The notes beneath the pieces are model-generated. The model ran no database searches. It saw only the letters and a list, made by a program, of their open reading frames with translations, and was not told the origin of the DNA. Position numbers and translations under genes: made by a program. This document shows positions 19,605-28,999 of a stretch of DNA of 43,304 bases, in pieces. The stretch lies in contig JBMYOQ010000034.1 in the NCBI GenBank assembly GCA_049599475.1, positions 1 to 43,304 of the forward strand, in the 5' to 3' direction. How positions within the stretch are numbered: the stretch's first letter is position 1; each line of letters begins with the position of its first letter. This DNA is from Opitutales bacterium. GTDB lineage: Bacteria > Verrucomicrobiota > Verrucomicrobiia > Opitutales > JABSRG01.

Positions 19605-20141
19605 TTCCGTTTTTGAAGGGATTTATCCTATACCTCAGTGCAGGTAGTGACATGCCTTGGGCAGTATGATGATGATCACGGACGATTCTAGGGCTTTATG
19701 AACGAATGCTGTGTGTTTACCTAGAGGTTTTCTGAAGGATAAAAGAATTTTTAAAAAAAGCAGAAATTTTATGTCAGAATTCGGGAAAGGTCACGTGTAG
19801 CCAGTGATTACCCAACTCTCGTCGCGAATAACCCACTAATCCCCGCGTGTCGAGGGCTCACTGTTACACCCATGATTAGATATCCCTACTTTGCCCTTTT
19901 TGCCTTACAGCAATTTGCGAGTTCCTCAGCGTCCCGCTACGCTTCTCCACTCTTCGCGATGTTGGGCGTCTCTATCTCGGCACGCGCGGCAGTGACCGAT
20001 GAATATATCTGGGGTGGGGGCTATCTGGATCAGGTATGGGGAATGTCCCTCGCAACTCCCGAAGGTGTCAGCGGCAGCGGATTTGTGCGCGCGTGTCGAA
20101 TCAATCCAGAATGCTCAGTGAGGGCTGCCAAGGAGATTTAT

Positions 20142-23100
20142 ATGAAGAAATTCTGTTTATTGATTTTTACTGCAGTATTGAGCCTGTCGCACTCACTCGT
20201 GTGGGCCCAGGTCGGCATCGATCGCTCTATTTTTCCGGCGGTATTTAGGACGGTTACCGAATTTGGAAATCACGACCAAACGCTCTACATTGCTCCTGGA
20301 GACACCGTAACCAATCCGAACAATGGAGTAACTTACACTCTCTATGGAGATGGAATCGAGGATGATACTCCAGCCATTCAGGCCGCGATAGATATCATTG
20401 AAAACGACGGGATCGTCTTCCTCGCTGAAGGCACATATCGGATAACCAATGGTATTCGGCTCTGGAAGGGCGTGCGCCTAATCGGTTATGGAACCAATCG
20501 CCCTGAGATCGTCCTCGGGGCCAATACGCCGGGGTATCAGAGCGGAAACAATAATTTCATGCTTCAGTTCTGCAGAAGCCCTAAGAACAACAATAGTATC
20601 GATGATTTTGGTACTTACCCCTATGGAGAAGTAAATGACTCCGATGTCGGGACCTTTCACTCCGCAGTGATCAATGTCAACTTCACCGTCATGGAGGGGA
20701 ATCAGGCTGCGTCAGCCATCAGATTCAGAGCGGCGCAATGTGCGATACTACAGAATTGTCGAATCGTCCTGCACAGTGGCGAAAACGGCGCCGAGGATAT
20801 TAGTAATCTTGTAGATCAGTGCACCTTTATTGGTGGAGAATACGGTATTCGCACGGGCGGTTCACCACCTGCATGGCCAAATGTGATCATGGACTGTGTC
20901 TTCGATGGACAGAGCGAGGCGAGTATCCGGACCGGGGGTAGAGCTACCATCGTAAGAAGTCAGTTCAAGAATGCTCCTCGCGGAATTATTGCGGGTCGTG
21001 AAGAGCGTCTATATGTGCGAGAGAGTTGGTTTCAGAATATTGACGGCGAGATGGTGTATTCCACTGGTTATGCTGCGCCGAAACTACAGATTAACCTGCA
21101 AGAGGTTAAATGTGAAAATGTCGGGTCCATATCTAGGTTTAGAGAATCGAATCGTCTCGAGAATCCGGTAGATGAGATCGTTGCGGCGCCCTCAAGCGTG
21201 TTTGAAGTGGTCGATTTTTCACACGGGATAAATATCACGGTTCCATGGTCTGGAGGAATCACAGGGGCCTTAGACACCCGTTATGAGACCGAGGATATCG
21301 CAAGTATGGGAAACTTCCCTCAACCCGACGTAGTGATACCCGATATGAATGCTGAAGGCACAAATTGGGTAAACTATCACAAGTATTTGGACGAGCACCC
21401 CAACTACACAGTCGGGCAAGGGAATCACCATGCGTCTCTGCAAGCCGCGATGGACGACAATCCAGGAAAGGTGATCTACTTGCCGGCGAGCCGTTACCGA
21501 CTGCGCAGTACGGATCCTATTGTTCTCAGAAATAATTCTTACCTGGTAGGACTGCACAGCGATAAAACGCTCATCGAGATGAGAAATAATGTGGCCGGGT
21601 ATGAAGATTTCAATACACCCAAGGCTATTTTTGAAACAGATGATGGTGCCCTTACGGGAATCTCTGGAGTCGCGATTACCATGAATAATAATGATGGCGC
21701 GGTGGGCTTCTATTGGACCGGAGATCCGTTTTCGTTTATCAACGATTTACGCTTCAACTCCACCGGACGTGAAAAGGCTGGAGGCGTCTGGGTGAAAGAT
21801 GGCGGTTCGGGACGGTTTAAAAATTTATGGATGCATGACCGCGCACCTTTAGAGCCTTTCCTGATCGAGGGCACTGCAGACAATCCGATTCGTAATGGAC
21901 GGTTTTACCAACTCTCGCTTGAGCACCATCCGGATTGGGATTTGCGCTTAAACTACGTCGAAGATTGGGTCTTTGTGTCCTTTCAGAACGAGGCCGATTA
22001 CGGTTCTCAGCTTGCAGATGCCGCAGTCATCGAGAATTCGAAAAACCTCGTATTCGGAAATTACACCAACAATCGATCCACCGGTGTTTTATTGCCGAGC
22101 AAGGCTAATTTCAGAATTCGAAATAGTGAGAATATCACCGTGCGTGGAGTAGAAATCCGTGGATCGTGTTTCCCTGCAGATGCCGCAGTCTTGGATGAAG
22201 ACACAGGTCGTCGAGCGTCGTTTACCTTTATCAATGCGCTCGACTATAAGACCGAGTCCGAACCCATCTCGGTGCCCAACATCACATCATTTAGCCTGTC
22301 AACTGGAGGCGCTTTTGACCTGGTCGAAGGCTTCAATCCGATCACTGAAGGGGCCGTAATCAACCTATCGACCCTCGGGACCGAGGCGGTAAACTTCCTC
22401 GCAAATACCGAATCGACGGTCGAGGGAAGCGTCTGTTTGGAGTTGATCGGACCAGTCACCGAAAACCGAACGAAAAACGCAGTGCCTTGGTTGATGACTG
22501 CTCCGGATAGCCTTACGACGCTCACGCCGGGGAGTTATACGCTGTCGGGAATTGCTTACGAAAATGACGACCGAGGCGGAGCTGTTAGCAGCGAATATCG
22601 GGTCGAGTTTACGGTCGTGGATGTGCCCAGTGTCGCTTCGTTCAGCCTGACCACGGGTGGGAATAATAGTCGAGTTGATGGTTTTAATCCAATACGCGAC
22701 GGGGGCCTCATCGATATAGCACAAGTCGGAACCAATCTGTTTAACTTCGCTGCTAACCCAGAAGACATCGTTACCGGCAGTGTCCGTATCGTGCTTAATG
22801 GTCCAGTCAGTGACTCGCGTACTAAGAACAACGAGAACTGGCTTTTGAAATCGCCGGGCGCGCCTCTAGCGATCGCTCCAGGAGACTACACACTCACCGG
22901 CACCGTATACGAGAACGATTCGGGGGGCGGAGAGCCCAGCCCGGAATATACGGTTCAATTCAAAGTAATTGATTCGCAGAACAGTGCAGACCGGGGAGCC
23001 CTGAATGATTTCGTAGAATACGCTATGGGCGGTGACCTTACTGATCCTAGCGACGATGGCGCATTCATGCCGCTTCTTTTCCTGCATGAAGAAACGAACG

Positions 23101-23330
23101 ACCTGAGGTTCACTTATTCGGTTCTCGACGACCTGGATTCGCGCGGTATGTCATTGATTGCAGAATACACGCATGATCTTCGTGCGAATGATTGGACGCC
23201 CATTTCAACCGCGCCCATCAGCTCTCCTCGAGAGGCCGAACGGATCATCAACACATTTTCGGTTCCCACTGATGAGGCCGGGAAAACCTTTATCAGGCTT
23301 CGAGCTCAAACCCTAGAAGATGCACAGTAG
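20142..23330 (+). CDS. Secreted double beta-helix (Pectate_lyase_3/GH55-like) enzyme with two tandem modules and a verrucomicrobial C-terminal domain
   Basis: AAGGAG precedes ATG 20142 and a signal peptide. GDGIEDDTPAIQAAID..VFLAEGTYRI, then a second LQAAMD..VIYLPASRYRL. The frame is open from 19872. Confidence 0.82.
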   Translation: MKKFCLLIFTAVLSLSHSLVWAQVGIDRSIFPAVFRTVTEFGNHDQTLYIAPGDTVTNPNNGVTYTLYGDGIEDDTPAIQAAIDIIENDGIVFLAEGTYRITNGIRLWKGVRLIGYGTNRPEIVLGANTPGYQSGNNNFMLQFCRSPKNNNSIDDFGTYPYGEVNDSDVGTFHSAVINVNFTVMEGNQAASAIRFRAAQCAILQNCRIVLHSGENGAEDISNLVDQCTFIGGEYGIRTGGSPPAWPNVIMDCVFDGQSEASIRTGGRATIVRSQFKNAPRGIIAGREERLYVRESWFQNIDGEMVYSTGYAAPKLQINLQEVKCENVGSISRFRESNRLENPVDEIVAAPSSVFEVVDFSHGINITVPWSGGITGALDTRYETEDIASMGNFPQPDVVIPDMNAEGTNWVNYHKYLDEHPNYTVGQGNHHASLQAAMDDNPGKVIYLPASRYRLRSTDPIVLRNNSYLVGLHSDKTLIEMRNNVAGYEDFNTPKAIFETDDGALTGISGVAITMNNNDGAVGFYWTGDPFSFINDLRFNSTGREKAGGVWVKDGGSGRFKNLWMHDRAPLEPFLIEGTADNPIRNGRFYQLSLEHHPDWDLRLNYVEDWVFVSFQNEADYGSQLADAAVIENSKNLVFGNYTNNRSTGVLLPSKANFRIRNSENITVRGVEIRGSCFPADAAVLDEDTGRRASFTFINALDYKTESEPISVPNITSFSLSTGGAFDLVEGFNPITEGAVINLSTLGTEAVNFLANTESTVEGSVCLELIGPVTENRTKNAVPWLMTAPDSLTTLTPGSYTLSGIAYENDDRGGAVSSEYRVEFTVVDVPSVASFSLTTGGNNSRVDGFNPIRDGGLIDIAQVGTNLFNFAANPEDIVTGSVRIVLNGPVSDSRTKNNENWLLKSPGAPLAIAPGDYTLTGTVYENDSGGGEPSPEYTVQFKVIDSQNSADRGALNDFVEYAMGGDLTDPSDDGAFMPLLFLHEETNDLRFTYSVLDDLDSRGMSLIAEYTHDLRANDWTPISTAPISSPREAERIINTFSVPTDEAGKTFIRLRAQTLEDAQ
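22272..22973 (+). repeat. Two tandem 117-aa modules within the CDS
   Basis: Units start at 22272 (VPNITSFSLSTGG) and 22623 (VPSVASFSLTTGG). They share GFNPI, GSV..L.GPV...RTKN, PG.YTL.G..YEND..GG..S.EY.V.F.V.D. Confidence 0.9.
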
Positions 23331-23361
23331 GATTATGAGTTTTCAGCAATACCCATTACCC

Positions 23362-25578
23362 ATGAATCTTAAACCGATATTTACCATGAGTAAGATCCTA
23401 GAATCTGTCTTTACTGGTTCCATATATCTCCTGGCTACAGCGCTCCTTTCCTTGCAGCAAGTACATGCCAATGATGGAGGTGCTTCAGTGTATCAAGAAT
23501 TGAGTCACATCTCGGATACTCAGGCGGTTGTATTCTCAGGCACGATCGGCGGGTTTCCTGTCGACACGACTGCCGGCGCAGATAATGCCCCGGCCCTGCA
23601 GGCGGCTATCGATCAAGTGCACGCTCAAGGCGGCGGGAATGTTTTTGTTCCCAGTGGTGTATACCCGATTCAGGATACGGTATACCTCTGGTCTGGAGTC
23701 CGTCTGGTGGGGTACGGGGCTACGCGCCCTTCATTTCTGCTAGAGGCTTCAACATCAGGCTTTGGGAATAGCGGAAACCCGAAATATTTGATACACTTTG
23801 CACTCGAAGAATCAGGGGGCCAAGTTGAATTCAGTGATCGCGATAGCGCACACGCGGGTGTTATCAATCTCGATTTCGATATTGAAACAGGCAATGCGGG
23901 CGCCGTAGCTATCAACAATAGTGCAGCGTACGGCACTATCCTCAGAAATATACGTTTCGATATCGGTGATGGGCTGGGGGGTGTATTCGGAATTAGCAAC
24001 CTCATCGAGGCATGCTCATTTATTGGAGGAGAGTGGGGGATCAATACCGTAGATAATACAAACTGGTATCAGAACTCGATCATCGATTGCACCTTCGACG
24101 GTCAGAGCGAGAGTGCCATGATTTTTGAGGAGAGTCGGACGACTGTCTTGCGTGCTACTGTTAGGAATACGAAAGATGCCGTTGTCACCTGCCCCAGAGG
24201 TGCCATTAGCTATGATGGAATTTACATCGCTGATAGTCTGTTTGAGGGAATTTCCGGAGAGGTGTTCTCTGTTAAAAACTACGTAGCCCCTCAGGTTCAG
24301 TTCAATGTAGAAAACGTCCAGTGTAATGTTCCCGATGCGAGAGACACTGGCCGAGTCACTGGTCGATATGCTCCCGCATACGTCGAGAATAGCCGGATCA
24401 CGTGGAATTATTGGCGACCTTCAGATATATTTGTCGTGAACTATCTCCGGCATGGCAGACATTCTGTGTATCCTCAAACGGACTCTCATTATCCAAATTG
24501 GATGGATCGCACCTTGATGGCTAATAGAAACGAAAGCTGGCCGCAATGGGAAGGCGACGGAGGCACCTTTTGGGAGATCCTCCCTGCTCCCGGCAATTAC
24601 GAGGCATGGTTTCATTCGATTGACGATCAAGTCGCTGTCGACTCTCTAGATCCCATCCCGTCTCCCGACCTAGTGGTTCCCTCGGCTGACCATTGGGTGA
24701 GCTTTAAAACCTTGGGGGGTGCCGGTGATGGTGTTACCGATGATTCTGCCGCCCTCCAAGCTGCGATCGATAATGGAAATAGTCATATCTATTTCCCGAC
24801 AGGAGAATATCTGCTCAGCGAAACCATAGATCTCCCGGACAACACGTATTTGATCGGGCTCAATCCTGCTGCTACAAAATTCATAGTCGCCGATTCGACA
24901 GCGGGATTTGGCAATGCGTCTGCACCTAGGGCTTTGCTGAACACGGTTGATGGAAATGGCAGCACAGTAGGTATCACGGGAATTGGGTTCGACCTGGCGA
25001 ATAATCCGGGCATCGTCGGTATCGATTGGGATGCCGATGGGAGCTCCTTTATTCAAGATGTGTATTTTGGGGCCGCGGCGGCGGTCGATTTGGCTAGTGA
25101 GAGTCAGAGCGGATCCATCTGGATTAACAATTCCGGCTCGGGCGTGTTCAAAAGCATTTTTATTGGAGATGCGCGCTCTGCTGAACCGCTATACGTAAGC
25201 AACACCATAGTTCCTGGTACAATGTACCAAATCGGCGTCCAGCATCAGCTAGAGTGGAATGTGAAAATGGAGAACGTGAGTAATTGGAAAATCCACGGCC
25301 TGTTCACAGAGTCCAACGAGCCAGCCAAGGATGCTGTTGCGATGGTTCTCGATAATGTATCAGACATTCTGATTACAAATCTGGTTACGAATCGGGGACG
25401 CCGCGTCTGGGAGCGTGCGCGAGGTGCCGTGGTGCTAAGAAATACCATTGCGAATTTGAAGATCCGTTGCATGGAGTCCCTTGGAGAGACATTCCCATAC
25501 GAGATTGGATTCGTAGATGAATCGAATAACGACGAAGTACCTTACAACCGCCTGACGATGCTAGACTATAGCAACTAA
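23362..25578 (+). CDS. Secreted double beta-helix (Pectate_lyase_3/GH55-like) protein, paralog of the upstream gene
   Basis: DNAPALQAAID..VFVPSGVY, and GDGVTDDSAALQAAID..IYFPTGEY. Start is uncertain (23320, 23335, 23362 or 23386). Confidence 0.82.
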   Translation: MNLKPIFTMSKILESVFTGSIYLLATALLSLQQVHANDGGASVYQELSHISDTQAVVFSGTIGGFPVDTTAGADNAPALQAAIDQVHAQGGGNVFVPSGVYPIQDTVYLWSGVRLVGYGATRPSFLLEASTSGFGNSGNPKYLIHFALEESGGQVEFSDRDSAHAGVINLDFDIETGNAGAVAINNSAAYGTILRNIRFDIGDGLGGVFGISNLIEACSFIGGEWGINTVDNTNWYQNSIIDCTFDGQSESAMIFEESRTTVLRATVRNTKDAVVTCPRGAISYDGIYIADSLFEGISGEVFSVKNYVAPQVQFNVENVQCNVPDARDTGRVTGRYAPAYVENSRITWNYWRPSDIFVVNYLRHGRHSVYPQTDSHYPNWMDRTLMANRNESWPQWEGDGGTFWEILPAPGNYEAWFHSIDDQVAVDSLDPIPSPDLVVPSADHWVSFKTLGGAGDGVTDDSAALQAAIDNGNSHIYFPTGEYLLSETIDLPDNTYLIGLNPAATKFIVADSTAGFGNASAPRALLNTVDGNGSTVGITGIGFDLANNPGIVGIDWDADGSSFIQDVYFGAAAAVDLASESQSGSIWINNSGSGVFKSIFIGDARSAEPLYVSNTIVPGTMYQIGVQHQLEWNVKMENVSNWKIHGLFTESNEPAKDAVAMVLDNVSDILITNLVTNRGRRVWERARGAVVLRNTIANLKIRCMESLGETFPYEIGFVDESNNDEVPYNRLTMLDYSN

Positions 25579-25837
25579 AATCCACCCATAAAAGAGTCCT
25601 GATGATAAGCTCTCAAACTGAACTTTTGCGACTTCGACCAGCCTCGTTAGCGTTGACATGTGTGGTGACGGATTCCGTCCCTGTTTCAGAGATTGTTGAT
25701 CTCTCGCATTCAACTTCAACTCGAAGCTCAGCCCCTGATAATTTCAACGAGAGTCGTTTGTGATGTGTGGATGGCCATCCAGATAACTCTATCATTCAAA
25801 TAATTACTGTGCTTGAACCTTCAAACCATATTTAAAT

Positions 25838-26404
25838 ATGAGTGCTTCCAAAGATGAAAATATGCAATACGGCTCCTATTTTTTAATTCTCTTCATTCTG
25901 TTTTCCTCCGTCATTCTCAACGGAAACGGTGACAAGAAGGGGACATTGGCTAAGGATGGAACTTCCTTTTCCATACATGCTGTGGATATAGAAGATCGTG
26001 CGGATGGCGCTGCGCCCTTTACGAAGGAGCGGAAGCGCGGGGTGCTTCAGATAAATGCTGCCAAGAAGGTTAATCGAGATAAATGGGCCCGTGCTAGCGT
26101 GGTCCCTGGACTAAAGCCAGGTGACTATGATGTGACCTTGATCGTTGTATTAGAGGAGGATGGGGAATCTCCCTATCGACTGTATGTGAATGATCATTTG
26201 ATCGGGGAAAAAATAAACCGCGTGGTGGGAAAGGAAGAGAATTTCGATAGAACCAAGCACCTATTCAAGAATGTAAACATCCCCGAGGGCGCCGAAATAT
26301 CGATTGAATCGAAGGCTGTGACCAACGGAAAAATTCCCGAGGGCGACGGAACCGCATGGGCGCGTGGGCGGTGGGCTTCATTAAGTATTGAGGAAGCTAA
26401 GTAG
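25838..26404 (+). CDS. Secreted hypothetical protein with a putative CBM-like beta-sandwich
   Basis: Hydrophobic leader, GDYDVTL....EEDGESPYRLYVND and TNGKIPEGDGTAWARGRW. Lies inside the glycan locus. Confidence 0.6.
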   Translation: MSASKDENMQYGSYFLILFILFSSVILNGNGDKKGTLAKDGTSFSIHAVDIEDRADGAAPFTKERKRGVLQINAAKKVNRDKWARASVVPGLKPGDYDVTLIVVLEEDGESPYRLYVNDHLIGEKINRVVGKEENFDRTKHLFKNVNIPEGAEISIESKAVTNGKIPEGDGTAWARGRWASLSIEEAK

Positions 26405-26899
26405 GCTCTCGAATGAGGGTCGCTGCCAGGTCGACGTCTTCTGCATCGAATGAGATGCCCGCAAGGCGAGCTTGAAGGCATTACATTTCGAAAAGATTGA
26501 TCTGTAGGGCTTACCTAATATTGGCTGACCACGGCCCAAATATGCCACTAGCTTTATTATTTACAGGTTTTAGGGTCCTGTGTTTTCACAGGGTTTAATT
26601 CGAGATTTCGAGACCGCCTAAGATTCCCAGTTTTACGACGTCTCTAACTTTGCATGTTGAGGTGCGAAAAATACTAGGTGTATGGGTAGGTTTGTATCGT
26701 TTTTTTTGCCGTTTAATTTGATGCTAATATAGTATTATTAAAATGTATCAAATAATTGGTGATTAATGTATTTATTTAGCGTTTGAGAGCTTTTGTGGAG
26801 CGTGATAGGACTTTTGTCATGATTTTATATAAGCTTCAGTACCTGTTGTATTATTCTGATTAAATAATGTCTTAATTAGTAAGTGTCAGGCTATTAAAT

Positions 26900-26927
26900 G
26901 AAGAGGCCGATTGATGTCGGTTTCTTC
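26900..26927 (+). promoter_or_regulatory. Hairpin in the likely 5' leader of the fucosidase operon
   Basis: GAAGAGGCCGA-ttgatg-TCGGTTTCTTC, an 11-bp stem with two G-U pairs, 42 nt before ATG 26970 and downstream of an AT-rich region. Confidence 0.35.
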
Positions 26928-26969
26928 TCAGGCGTGTTCCGCCTTGTATTATATATTTAAATTCAAATA

Positions 26970-28955
26970 ATGATAAATAAGAATCCCCCCTCAATTCTTA
27001 AGAACGGCCTATTATGGGCATCCGCTTGCGCCATAAATATTTGCTTACTTGCGGATTCCGATCCTGCGGAACTGGATTTTGACCGAAGTATGCCGTCGAA
27101 GGCACAGCGCAATTTTAATGACTTGAGTACCTATCCTGATTGGTGGCACGAGAGTATGAAGACGCGCGATGAGCGCCTAGGCTGGTGGCAAGATGCGCGC
27201 TTCGGGCAGTTTATGCATTGGGGAGCCTATTCCGTTTTGGGAGGCGGTTATCAAGGAGAGATCCTTAAGGATCAATATGGTGAGCACGTCGCGCGTCTGT
27301 TTGAGATCCCGAAAGAAGACTATATCAAACATGCGGCGAGCCAATTCCGCCCGGAGAAGTTTGATGCGGATGAGTGGGTGCTGCGTGCCAAGAACGCGGG
27401 CATGAAGTTTTTCGTGATTACTGCGAAGCACCACGATGGTTTTGCTATCTACCATTCTAAATATTCAGAGTTCGATGTGGAGGACACCGCCAAATGGCCG
27501 CGCGACCCTCTTAAGGAACTCTCCGAGGCGTGTAAGCGCCATGGACTAAAATTTGGAGTCTATTACTCTCATGCACAGGATTGGTATGCGCCAGGCAATG
27601 TTCAGAACAACTGGGATTTCCCCAAGAACATCGCGACTCACGAATTCGCTCGTAAGCACAAGGTCGGTCGTTGGTACCAAGCGGTCGATGAAGCAGAGGT
27701 AGAAGCCTATTTACCCAAGGCTTGGGATTATTATATCAACAAGTCTATCCCGCAGGTGATTGAGTTGATTCAGGATTATGGCGTAGAACTCTTCTGGTTT
27801 GATACTTCCAATTGGATGCCGACAGAGTTCAATGCTCGCGTTCTGCAGACAGTTCGCGAACTCGCTCCCAATATGGTCGTAAATGCGCGTGTTCAGCGTG
27901 GTTATGGTGACTACGAAGGCGGCCCTGACGGACCGGTGGCATATCCTTATTTCGATGGTCCTTGGGAGTGTATCCAGTCCACACTACACTCATGGGGTTA
28001 TAACAAATACGATGAGGAGAATCGACGCTCTGCGGAATATCTTCTGGAAATGTTGTCCACAGTAACCTCGAAGAACGGAGTGGTGATGGTAAACATCGGC
28101 CCGAAACCAGATGGCACTTGGGTAGAAGGCGACTTGGAGACGTATGAAGAATTTGCAAGTTGGTGGTCTGCGAATGGTGAATCGATTCGTGGTGCCGGAC
28201 CCGCTCCAATTGGCGTGCATAATTGGGGGGTCGTGACCGCCAAGGACAAGAGTATCTTCCTACATCTCCATGAATGGCCCGTGGACAATATTCTCGAAGT
28301 GGGCGGTCTTGATTCGAAGGTCAGCAAAGCAATCTTGCTTGATAGCAATAAGAAGCTCAAGACACAGAGTGAGAGTGGGGTGCTTCACATCGACTTACCT
28401 GCTGACCCTAAAAAGCCTTATCACAGTGTCGTTGAGTTAGTCTTTAAGTCTGAGCCGAAAGGTGAGTTTCGTCGTCCAGTAAAAGCCGAGATGCAAAATC
28501 GATTCCATGTCTTTGATACGCCCTTTCTGAGCGAAGGCGTTCAATTTGGAGGGGAAAAACCTGAAGCGGCGGTAATCCTCAGATGGGACAATGCAGACGA
28601 TTCGATGCGCTGGCCCATCGTCGTCACGGAAGACGGAGAGTTCGACGTTCACATCGTTTACGATATTCCGAGAAAGGCCAATCACACGGGCGAGTATGTG
28701 GTCGCAGTCGGAGATCAAACGCTTACCGGGATCGTAAGTCGTAATGCTGCTGGTGATTCCGGCATCATTGAACACGAAATGAAGCTGATGAACACTACGG
28801 CGGAGAAAATGCCACGGGTCCGCGTGCTCACAGATAATTTGGGCACCCTCAAACTGAAACCGGGCGATCACGACCTTGTTCTCAAAAGCCCAAACAAGAC
28901 AGGTCGAGGCGTCCTATTTAATCCCCGGGCGATTTACTTGGTGCCAGCCAAATGA
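26970..28955 (+). CDS. Alpha-L-fucosidase (GH29) with an extra C-terminal beta-sandwich domain
   Basis: WWQDARFGQFMHWG, ITAKHHDGF, GVYYS, LFWFD (nucleophile), SWGY, NIGP and NGESI. Confidence 0.93.
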   Translation: MINKNPPSILKNGLLWASACAINICLLADSDPAELDFDRSMPSKAQRNFNDLSTYPDWWHESMKTRDERLGWWQDARFGQFMHWGAYSVLGGGYQGEILKDQYGEHVARLFEIPKEDYIKHAASQFRPEKFDADEWVLRAKNAGMKFFVITAKHHDGFAIYHSKYSEFDVEDTAKWPRDPLKELSEACKRHGLKFGVYYSHAQDWYAPGNVQNNWDFPKNIATHEFARKHKVGRWYQAVDEAEVEAYLPKAWDYYINKSIPQVIELIQDYGVELFWFDTSNWMPTEFNARVLQTVRELAPNMVVNARVQRGYGDYEGGPDGPVAYPYFDGPWECIQSTLHSWGYNKYDEENRRSAEYLLEMLSTVTSKNGVVMVNIGPKPDGTWVEGDLETYEEFASWWSANGESIRGAGPAPIGVHNWGVVTAKDKSIFLHLHEWPVDNILEVGGLDSKVSKAILLDSNKKLKTQSESGVLHIDLPADPKKPYHSVVELVFKSEPKGEFRRPVKAEMQNRFHVFDTPFLSEGVQFGGEKPEAAVILRWDNADDSMRWPIVVTEDGEFDVHIVYDIPRKANHTGEYVVAVGDQTLTGIVSRNAAGDSGIIEHEMKLMNTTAEKMPRVRVLTDNLGTLKLKPGDHDLVLKSPNKTGRGVLFNPRAIYLVPAK

Positions 28956-28999
28956 ACCCATAGAGATCTTCTTATTTTTTAACAACGACTCATATAACC

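Noticed and set aside
25613..25795. 60-aa minus-strand intergenic ORF with a faint resemblance to a C-terminal sorting domain
   Set aside because: The similarity is too weak and there is no RBS. It cannot be supported without a search.
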